Assembly (NCBI GenBank): GCA_963785305.1
Contig: CAWAUV010000007.1
Coordinates: forward strand, 800,001 to 864,000
Direction of reading: 5' to 3'
From: an uncultured Planctomycetaceae bacterium
Lineage (GTDB): Bacteria > Planctomycetota > Planctomycetia > Pirellulales > PALSA-1355
DNA: 64,000 nt
Of this stretch, positions 56,146-64,000 are shown piece after piece (within the stretch, counting starts at the first letter, position 1; each line of letters opens with the position of its first letter). The notes below the pieces were generated by a model. That model was not told the origin of the DNA, did no database searches, and saw nothing but the letters and a program-made list of their open reading frames with translations. The translations under genes and the position numbers were made by a program.

Positions 56146-59100
56146 CTACAGCGGTTGATTTTCGGCCAAGAATTTTTCCAGCGCCGCGGATTCGATCGGC
56201 TTCACCATGTGGAAATCAAACCCCGCCTCCTTCGCCTTCTGCTTGTCGTCTTCCTGACCCCAGCCGGTGAGCGCGACCAGGGTCACGCCCTTGCCCCAAG
56301 TCTGCTCGCGCATTCGCCGGGCGGTGTCATAACCGTTCAGCCTTGGCATCCCGATGTCGAGCAATACCAAGTCGGGCAGGAACGTCGCCGCCGCCTCGAG
56401 CGCTTCCAGGCCGTCGTGCGCGGTCCGCGTCACATTGCCCATAATCCGTAGGATCATCGCCAAGCTCATTGCGGCATCGCGATTGTCGTCGACCACGAGA
56501 ATCCGTCGTCGACGCGTGGCCGACGCGCCGTTGCCGTCGCCGTCGCTCGACCGCTGCTCGGCAACGACCGCCGGGGCCACCGGCAATCGAACGATGAACT
56601 CGCTTCCCAGGCCCTGTCCGTCGCTCCGGGCCTCGACACTGCCGCCGTGCATCTCGACGAGCCACTTCACGAGCGATAGGCCAATGCCAAGCCCGCCTTG
56701 CGACTTCTCCAACGACCGATCCACCTGCGTGAACATGTCGAAGACCCGAGGGAGCATGGGGGCCGGAATGCCCACTCCGCTATCCCGAATCCTTATGAGC
56801 GCATTGCCTTCTCGACGCTCCATGGAAAGCCAAACACGACCGCCCCGCTCGGTATACTTGGCGGCGTTGTTGAGAATGTTGGCGAACACCTGGGAGAGGC
56901 GGGTCAGATCGGCGTCCACGAAGATCGGAGCCGACGGCACGGTGAGCGTAAGATCGTGGCCCGCCTGCTCGATGGCTGGGCGGCTGGTTTCCACGGCCTG
57001 TTGAATGGCTTTCGAGAGCTCGACCCGTTCCTTGCGGAGCTCGACTTTTCCCTGGGTAATGCGACTCAAATCGAGAAGATCATCGATTAACCGGACCATT
57101 TGACCGAGCTGCCGCTCCATCATGCCGCGAGCCTCTTCAACGGTCTCGGCGTTGCTTTTCGCCAGTCGCATCACTTGCAGCCCGTTGCGCAGCGGGGCCA
57201 GCGGATTGCGAAGTTCGTGGGCCAAGGTCGCCAAGAACTCGTCCTTGCGACGGTCGGCGTCTTTCAGGTCTTGCACGAGATGGGCGTTCTCGATGGCGAC
57301 GGAAGCCATCTGCGCCAATTGCACCAGGATCGCTTCGTCCTCCTCGGTGAAGTCTCCCTCGTATTTATCCGAAATTTGAATCAGGCCGAAGTTTTGCCCG
57401 CTTTGACCGACCAGCGGCGCCGCGAGCCAGCCCCGGAGCGGTGGGTGATGCGGAGCATGTATTCCGAACCATTTGTAGGCGGGATGCTGTTCCAACTCGG
57501 CTTGAGTAAGCCTCAGCGGCTTGTTCGCGCGGCAGACAAGCGAATAGATACCCGATCCATCCGGCCGCTCCTCGTAGTCTCGAAATTGCGCGTATTTCTC
57601 GGAGAGCGACACGGTGTTGATCGCCTGTCCCCAATTCTGGTCGGTCGTGAATCCGGCGACCGCCTGATGCGACCCGATAAGACCGCGAGCCTCCTCGATG
57701 ACGATCCGCGTGATCGAGGTCACCTCCGAGGAGGCGTTCAACTTCGTGGCGACTCTCGCCAACTGGCGAAGCTGCTCCGACTGCCTGTAGGTCGCGAGTT
57801 CCGCGCGTTTTTGCTCCGTGACATCAAAAAACACCGTGGCGATCTGTTTCGGCCCGGTCCGATAGGCGCTGACCTCGAACCACCGATCCAACGGCCCAAA
57901 TCTTGCCTGAAAATGGTCCGGAATGCCGGTCTTCGCGATCCCGCCGAAGCGCTCGAACCAAAGCTGCTCGGCGTCGGGAAATAGTTCGAGCGCCGTCCGT
58001 CCCAAGATGTCCGGCCGTTTCAAACCGGTGTGCCGTTCGAATGCCGGATTCACTTCGAGGTGTCGAAAGTCCCGGGCACGGCCTTCTTCATCGAAAATGA
58101 TCTCGATGATCGCGAATCCCTCGCTCATCGTATTGAAGAGCACCCGAAACCGCTCCTCGCTTTGCCGGATCGCTTGCTCCGACTCCCGCCGCATCCGGGA
58201 CATTTGTAAATGCGCCGTCACCCGAGCGAGCAATTCCCGCGCGCTGAAGGGCTTCACGATATAATCGTCGGCGCCGGCTTCCATGCCATCGACTCGGCTT
58301 TCCTCTCCCGCGCGGGCCGACAACAGAATGACGGGAATTTGACTTGTGCGGGGATCGCCGCGCAATTTTCGCAGCAGCCCAAATCCATCCAGCTTGGGCA
58401 TCATCACATCGGTCAGCACCAAGTCCGGCGGTTGCCCGCGCACGGCCGCGAATGCCGCTTCGCCGTCTGGCGCCGCTTCAATTCGATAATGCTCGGCAAG
58501 CAGACGAACGATGTACTGTCGCATGTCGGCGTTGTCGTCGGCCACGAGCACCCTGGGCCGGGTGTCGCTCTCCGCTTGCTCCGCGGGGCCACGCGCGATT
58601 GCCAATGCCTCGTGGTAAGTGGGAAGCTCCGGCGACCCCTCATCAGGGAGCCAACGCAACGCCTCCTCGACATAAGGACTCGCGCCGTCTCCCGTCGCGG
58701 CGGCGCCAGCGTTTTCCTCGATCTGTCCAGAAGGCAGATGGCCCGACCCCAACGGCAGCGAAATTTGGAATGTCGTTCCTTTTCCGACCACGCTCTCGGC
58801 GGTAATCGAGCCACCATGCAGCTTCACGAGCTCCTGAACCAGCGCCAACCCGATACCGCTGCCTTCGTGGGTACGGCCCCTTGCGTTTTCAATACGATGA
58901 AACCGCTCGAACAGTCGGGGCATCTCCTCGGCGGGCACGCCGGTTCCCGTGTCTCTCACCCGCAGTTCGGCGGTGGTTTGCGTTCGCCGCAGAGCGACCA
59001 CGATTTCGCCGTCGAATGTGAACTTAAACGCGTTGGACAACAGATTAAGGACGATTTTCTCCCACATTTCCCGGTCGATGAACACCGGCTCCCCCAACGG

Positions 59101-60492
59101 CTCGCAATCGACCGTCAGTCGTATGCCAGCTCGTTCACAGGCCGAGCGGAACATGCTGGCCAGTTCCGTGGTGAATGCGGCCAGATCGGTCGATTGAAAA
59201 ACGGCTCGTACCCTGCCGGCCTCGATCCGTGAGAAGTCCAAGAGCGTGTTGACGAGCCGCAGGAGTCGGAGTCCATTTCGCTTTACGACATCCAGACCCT
59301 CTCTATCGGCGGCCGAGAGTTCGGCGCGACCGTGCGCCAGCATGTCTTCGACCGGACCAAGCATCAAAGTCAGTGGAGTGCGGAACTCATGGCTGACGTT
59401 CGAAAAGAAAGCGGTCTTCGCCCGGTCGAGTTCGGCCAATACTTCGGCTCGTTGGCGCTCCTGTTCATAAGCCGCGGCGTTGGCGATGGCGATGGCGATA
59501 TGACCAGCCATGAGCTCCAAGTAGCCCCGATAGCTGTCGCTGAAAATCAACCGAGGACTCAGGCCGGCCACGACGAACCCGAAAACTTCGACTCGGCCCG
59601 ACTTCAACAGCGGCAGCACGATGGCCGATCGCGCCGGTTCCGACCATTTTCCGCATGGCAAGGCGCCGAATCGCGCCGATAAATCATTCACGATCACGGG
59701 CCGGCCCGTCATCGCGACTTCCGCCAATGGCCAAGGGAGGATCGAGCTTTCCGAAGCGCTAGAATCGATCTCGAACGGCGCCTCCGGCGAGCCCGGAACA
59801 AGCCCCGTCGCTCCGGTCAATCTGGCCTTCTGGGCCGTTTCATCGAGCAAGTAGATCAGCACGAAAGGAAGATCGATCGAACTATCGGCAAGCGTCTTGA
59901 CGGCGCTTTCGCAAGCATCTTCCACCGACTTCGCTTGATCCGCGGTGCGAGCCGCGAGTTCACGCAGGCTTCTCAGCCGCCGTTCACCGATCGTCCGTTC
60001 GGTGTCTTCGGTCACCACGCACAACATGCCGCCGACGCTGCCATGCTCATCGGGAATGGGGCTGTAGGAGAAGGTGTGATACGTTTCCTCGGGAAACCCA
60101 TTGCGCTCGAGAAAAAGAAGCAGGCCCTCGTCCCAGGTCGCCTGCCCGGTGCGCACGACCGACTCGGCGCGCGGACCGATGTCGTGCCAGATTTCGGACC
60201 AGACATCCCTCACGGAACGCCCGAGCGCCCAAGGGTGCCTGGGACCGAGCGTCATGCGCGCGTAAGCGTCGTTGTAAAAGAACGTTAACTCCGGCCCCCA
60301 GCCAAGCCACATGGCGTATCGAGAGCCGAGCATGATACTCACGGCAATCTTGAGACTTTGGGGCCAGCCCTCGATCGGTCCCAGCGAGTTCCTCGACCAA
60401 TCGAAATCTCGGGTGCGCTGCACCATCTCGCCGCCGCCAGCGAGAAACGCAAATGGCTCGGGGTTGGTTTGCTGTCGAAGCCGCTCGTTCAT
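56146..60492 (-). CDS. Hybrid sensor kinase PAS-GAF-HK-REC-PAS-GAF-HK-REC
   Basis: Two H-boxes (SHEFRTPL, AHELRNPL), two HATPase domains (GSGIGL, GLGIGL) and two receivers (TDVMMP, LDIGMP). Confidence 0.95.
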   Translation of the reverse strand: MNERLRQQTNPEPFAFLAGGGEMVQRTRDFDWSRNSLGPIEGWPQSLKIAVSIMLGSRYAMWLGWGPELTFFYNDAYARMTLGPRHPWALGRSVRDVWSEIWHDIGPRAESVVRTGQATWDEGLLLFLERNGFPEETYHTFSYSPIPDEHGSVGGMLCVVTEDTERTIGERRLRSLRELAARTADQAKSVEDACESAVKTLADSSIDLPFVLIYLLDETAQKARLTGATGLVPGSPEAPFEIDSSASESSILPWPLAEVAMTGRPVIVNDLSARFGALPCGKWSEPARSAIVLPLLKSGRVEVFGFVVAGLSPRLIFSDSYRGYLELMAGHIAIAIANAAAYEQERQRAEVLAELDRAKTAFFSNVSHEFRTPLTLMLGPVEDMLAHGRAELSAADREGLDVVKRNGLRLLRLVNTLLDFSRIEAGRVRAVFQSTDLAAFTTELASMFRSACERAGIRLTVDCEPLGEPVFIDREMWEKIVLNLLSNAFKFTFDGEIVVALRRTQTTAELRVRDTGTGVPAEEMPRLFERFHRIENARGRTHEGSGIGLALVQELVKLHGGSITAESVVGKGTTFQISLPLGSGHLPSGQIEENAGAAATGDGASPYVEEALRWLPDEGSPELPTYHEALAIARGPAEQAESDTRPRVLVADDNADMRQYIVRLLAEHYRIEAAPDGEAAFAAVRGQPPDLVLTDVMMPKLDGFGLLRKLRGDPRTSQIPVILLSARAGEESRVDGMEAGADDYIVKPFSARELLARVTAHLQMSRMRRESEQAIRQSEERFRVLFNTMSEGFAIIEIIFDEEGRARDFRHLEVNPAFERHTGLKRPDILGRTALELFPDAEQLWFERFGGIAKTGIPDHFQARFGPLDRWFEVSAYRTGPKQIATVFFDVTEQKRAELATYRQSEQLRQLARVATKLNASSEVTSITRIVIEEARGLIGSHQAVAGFTTDQNWGQAINTVSLSEKYAQFRDYEERPDGSGIYSLVCRANKPLRLTQAELEQHPAYKWFGIHAPHHPPLRGWLAAPLVGQSGQNFGLIQISDKYEGDFTEEDEAILVQLAQMASVAIENAHLVQDLKDADRRKDEFLATLAHELRNPLAPLRNGLQVMRLAKSNAETVEEARGMMERQLGQMVRLIDDLLDLSRITQGKVELRKERVELSKAIQQAVETSRPAIEQAGHDLTLTVPSAPIFVDADLTRLSQVFANILNNAAKYTERGGRVWLSMERREGNALIRIRDSGVGIPAPMLPRVFDMFTQVDRSLEKSQGGLGIGLSLVKWLVEMHGGSVEARSDGQGLGSEFIVRLPVAPAVVAEQRSSDGDGNGASATRRRRILVVDDNRDAAMSLAMILRIMGNVTRTAHDGLEALEAAATFLPDLVLLDIGMPRLNGYDTARRMREQTWGKGVTLVALTGWGQEDDKQKAKEAGFDFHMVKPIESAALEKFLAENQPL

Positions 60493-60938
60493 CCTCGTCG
60501 CCCATCGGAGTTTTGTGGTAACCGCGCTTCTCAAACCGACCTGAACGAACAGGACTCGACTGTCTCGGTTGAAGGGGCCATTTTATCGCGGAGGAAAGCA
60601 ACGAGCAAAAACGTGGCATTTCGCGAGAGCCTGCCTCGGCTTCGCCCGACGGGTTCCGATCCTCACGGACCTTTCGAGCCATCTATCACGAAAATGCCGA
60701 AAAGGCATCACCGCCGGGTTGCTCTTGAAATAGCGAAAATACCGAATTGCTGAATTCTGCCGATTATGCGGGCCGATAAGGCATCTCAGGGGCTGGCGGC
60801 CCGCACGCCGGCGAGCCCTCCGGACACGGTTCGAAGCGAGCTCGTGGCCGCGACCAAACAACGACTCGGGGGGATGGTCTGGCGGCCTGTACGGCCCCAA
60901 TTCCCCGATAGCGCCAGGCCAAGTGCAAAGGACCAATC

Positions 60939-61538
60939 ATGAAGAATTTCTTGTTCGCCACATTCGCGGCGATGGTGTTGAGCAGTAGCGTCGGCTGTTG
61001 CTGCGGCAGTAGCATGTTTCAGCCGTGGGGCTGTTCCAATGGCTGCGGCGGCTGCAATAGCTGCGGTGGCGGATGTGGTAGCGGCGGCGGATGGGGCAGT
61101 TGGGGCGGCTGGGGCGGCGGCGGTTGCAGTTCGTGTGGCTCCGGTGGATGCAGCTCTTGCGGCTCCGGCGGATGCAGCTCTGGCGGCTCGGGCGGATGCA
61201 GCTCGTGTGGATGCTCCGCCTCGAACGATTGCGGCTACAGCTCGCGCTTCGGCTACAGTGGCGGCTGCTCGGCGGCCCAGGGCGCGGCGCGCTATTCGAA
61301 CGGCGCTCCGCCCAATGGCGGCGGCGGCTTTGGCGCTCCCTGGCTGAGCAACGCCGGCTGCTCGAACTGCAATCATTGCAATCATCAGCCGCATGGCCCC
61401 GGCTTTGGCCTCGCTGCGCCCTGCTGCCGCAAGCAAGGCCCGCAAGGTCCGCCGATGACCGCCATGCAGTATCCGTATTATGCGAATCGCGGCCCGCGAG
61501 ATTTCTTGGCGAAGAACCCGCCCAGCATTGGCCCGTGA
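60939..61538 (+). CDS. Secreted or lipoprotein-like Cys/Gly-rich planctomycete protein
   Basis: Signal peptide ending VGCC, GCSSCGSG repeats, C-terminal YPYY..RGPRDFL..NPPSIGP; AAGGA RBS. Confidence 0.75.
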   Translation: MKNFLFATFAAMVLSSSVGCCCGSSMFQPWGCSNGCGGCNSCGGGCGSGGGWGSWGGWGGGGCSSCGSGGCSSCGSGGCSSGGSGGCSSCGCSASNDCGYSSRFGYSGGCSAAQGAARYSNGAPPNGGGGFGAPWLSNAGCSNCNHCNHQPHGPGFGLAAPCCRKQGPQGPPMTAMQYPYYANRGPRDFLAKNPPSIGP

Positions 61539-61680
61539 TTCGTGCCAGGCAAGCCACGATCGACCGGTCCGATGGCCGAAGATCGTGAGCACGATGAAAC
61601 GAAAACGCACGGCAGCCGCTCCGCCCGGAATCACCCGGGCGCGTAGCGGCTGTCGTCGTTTAATACCCTATCCGACTTCT

Positions 61681-61712
61681 CCCCCTCTCTCATTGGGAGA
61701 GGGTCGGGTGAG
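61681..61712. repeat. REP-like palindrome
   Basis: CCCCCTCTCTCATTGGGAGAGGGTCGGGTGAG. Confidence 0.5.
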
Positions 61713-61739
61713 CGCTCGCGGAAGTTCTCGGATAGGCTC

Positions 61740-62528
61740 TTAATAAACCCGACCTAGCGCGCCATTCGGCGGCGGCGCGCTCGATATCGGCTCGCAGCTC
61801 GGCGAGCTCGCGTTCCAAGCGCACGGTCGCGGCGATCGCCGACTGTTCGGCCGCGGAAGGCGCCGAGGGAGCGGCCGAATCTCGTGGACGAACTTCGGAC
61901 TCGTGCCCGTCGAAAACGTTTCCGTCGAAGGCCCCGCTTGCCGCATTATCGCGGGCCGAGGAATCTCGCGGTGTTTGTTCGACTTGGCCGGTCCCAGTGA
62001 ACGAAGGAGACCGCGCTCGCCGCGCGCAAACGACGCGAACTCCGCGGCGCCGATCGGACGCCCCACGCGATCGGGGGCGGGACCCGCCGCGAACCCGCTC
62101 GGCGCCATGGCCGCGTTTTCACTTGCCGCGTGCTCACGCGATGCGCGACCTTCGAGCCCGACCGCCGATCGCAAGTCGGGCCGCGTCGGCAATTCCGGAG
62201 CGAGCGAGTTAGAGTCGCCGACAGGCGAGACGGAGCGCGGCGATTCGACCAGCGCGGCGGATTCGCGCGGCGGCGCTCCGAAGGGGAACGCCAGAGCTGG
62301 CGCATTCCGCAATCGGTTGTCCGGCGCTTGGCCGGACATCGCATCGGACTCGTCGACAAAGTCGGATTCATTCGCGGGCTCGACATCCTGTCCGCCCTCG
62401 AACAGTTCGGCCAAACGCCAGCGGCGCTGCTCGCGCAAAAAATTCGAATCGGCCGCGCGGCTGTCGGGCAGCTCGAAGCGCGAGCTCTCGGCGGCGGTCG
62501 GATCGTCATTCGGCTCGTCGGGCTGCAT
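61740..62528 (-). CDS. Hypothetical low-complexity protein (likely frameshifted near its 3' end)
   Basis: 262-aa ORF with an AGGAG-like RBS; no recognisable domain. Confidence 0.45.
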   Translation of the reverse strand: MQPDEPNDDPTAAESSRFELPDSRAADSNFLREQRRWRLAELFEGGQDVEPANESDFVDESDAMSGQAPDNRLRNAPALAFPFGAPPRESAALVESPRSVSPVGDSNSLAPELPTRPDLRSAVGLEGRASREHAASENAAMAPSGFAAGPAPDRVGRPIGAAEFASFARGERGLLRSLGPAKSNKHREIPRPAIMRQAGPSTETFSTGTSPKFVHEIRPLPRRLPRPNSRRSPRPCAWNASSPSCEPISSAPPPNGALGRVY

Positions 62529-62735
62529 ACTCTTGGCGCCTGGGATTCGAGGAAAGCGGCCGAAGTTTGATCGCCGCGAGCCGTTTCCACGAAACCGGGG
62601 CGCTTTGCGGCGGTCGGCCGAAATCTACTCGAAGCGGGCGTTCGTTGGCGAGAGCCAGAACCGAGCCAGTCGGAAAAAGGATGCGCGAAGTGAAGCCCCG
62701 GCGGGCATGCCATGATGGCATTTTTCGACAGGCTG

Positions 62736-64000
62736 CTACGGCTTCGCCAGGCGAAACAGCGTGTAGTACGCCGTGTCGTGCAAGAGCGGCAAGCCGATGG
62801 CCGAGCGCACTCCCTGGGAATGCAGTTCATGCACATGACCACGCGCCAAGCCATTGATCACCAGCCGCGCCGAGCGGCCATCGGTCGAGACTTCCACCCG
62901 CTCGATCGTGGGCGTGGTCGTGTCGACCTCGGGGCTGCCGTAGCTCGACTGATAGATATAGGTGTAGGTCGACACGGTGTACGACTTCGGATCGCGGGCG
63001 GTCGCGGGATCGACTGGCTCGGTAAAGGTCAATTCGAAGCCATCGGGCTTCACGCGCATCGCCGCGATCTCGAAGGGTGTCTTGCCCGACCATGCGAGCC
63101 GTTCGAGCGAAAACTCCTTGCCGCCGCGCGCCCCAGCCGCGGCTCGTGCCTTGGACAAACATCATGCCGTTGGGGGCTTGCAAGAGGGCGAGACAGCCGG
63201 AGCTGAATCCGGAGCGAAAAGGCACGCAGGCGCCTTGATAGTCGCCATCGACTTTTTCCAGCATCACGCGCGAGATAAAGCTTTGGCTCTGGTCGCCGAC
63301 GAACAGTTGCTTTTCGAAGACGCCGAACTTGCCGCCGCTGGTGTCGCAGGCGATGCCGCTCGATGAATTGCCCATCTTGGGATAGGGAAAATACACCGCC
63401 GGCGGCAGGAGCGCTGGAATCTTGTCGGCCTCGTCCACTAGGCGACCGCCGCTCTTGGGCTCGACCGGCTCGGGACCCATGCCGGGCGCCTGATCGTACC
63501 AACGGTTGCCGGCCGGATGGCCGACGAACCGGCCCGGCGCCAGATGCTGGAGCTTGCAGGCGCCGTTCCAGGGGCCTTGGTTGTCGGTGTAGAACATGTC
63601 GCCCTCGGCGTTCATGCCCAAGCCGCCCGGCGAGCGCAGGCCGCTGGTGGTGGGAATCGCCTTGCCATCGGGAGTGATGCGCAGGGCCCAGCCACGATAC
63701 TTGTTCTGGCTGGAGAACGAGCCGGTCAGGCAGAGCACGACCCAGAGATTGCCATCGCGATCGAACTTCGAGCCGAAGGCGTATTCATGATAGTCCCCGT
63801 TGATGCCCCAGTCGTCGCAAAAAGTCTCGAAGCGATCGGCTCGGCCGTCACCGTCTTCGTCTTTCACCCGGCTGACTTCGCCGCGCTGCACCACATAGAG
63901 CCAGCCATCTCGCTGGGCGAGGCCGAGCACTTCGTGCAGGCCGCTGGCAAAGCGAGTGAACTTGATCTGGGACGAGTCGTCGCTCGTCGGGTTGGATACC
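62736..64000 (-). CDS. PVC-type secreted beta-propeller protein (glucose/sorbosone dehydrogenase-like); 5' end outside window; frameshift ~63140
   Basis: [36 protein letters not shown]-terminal [19 protein letters not shown]. Confidence 0.85.

Noticed and set aside
56146..60492. Double kinase/receiver architecture as a novelty
   Set aside because: A widespread hybrid kinase architecture.

Overview
GC-rich bacterial DNA, very probably from a planctomycete (LExR-type surface protein, Cys/Gly-rich secreted protein, PVC-type beta-propeller protein). Many genes, including housekeeping ones such as fliG, carry single frameshifts that look like long-read indel errors, so split ORFs were rejoined by eye. 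1-9.3 kb: a polymorphic toxin locus with an Ala/Asp/Thr-rich stalk, a pretoxin Hint domain, an RNase-like tip, two immunity-like genes and a second, truncated stalk copy. 9.3-41 kb: a hybrid CRISPR-Cas locus. It holds a type I-G array of about 165 repeats, cas2 and cas4-cas1, a type I-G interference operon with an apparent Cas3-Cas8g fusion, and a fused type III-D2-like effector (HD-less Cas10, Cas7-Cas5-Cas11, Cas7-Cas7-Csx19, Cas7-insertion) followed by a CARF-HEPN nuclease. The most notable signal is a cryptic CRISPR-like mini-array (23736-23876). Its single spacer matches a TTC-PAM-flanked site next to its own -35 box, between two divergent promoters, which suggests RNA-guided autoregulation or a CreR/CreTA-like circuit in type I-G. 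A second solitary repeat precedes the type III operon. 42.6-47.2 kb: hypothetical gene, IS256 remnant with 8-bp TSD, AlpA-like HTH gene and tyrosine integrase next to tRNA-Ser(GCT), i.e. the edge of an integrated island. 47.5-64 kb: core-like genes (glycosyltransferase, fliG with a FliF-C-like mini-gene, fucose-type catabolism genes, Ig-like surface protein, GNAT, double hybrid histidine kinase).
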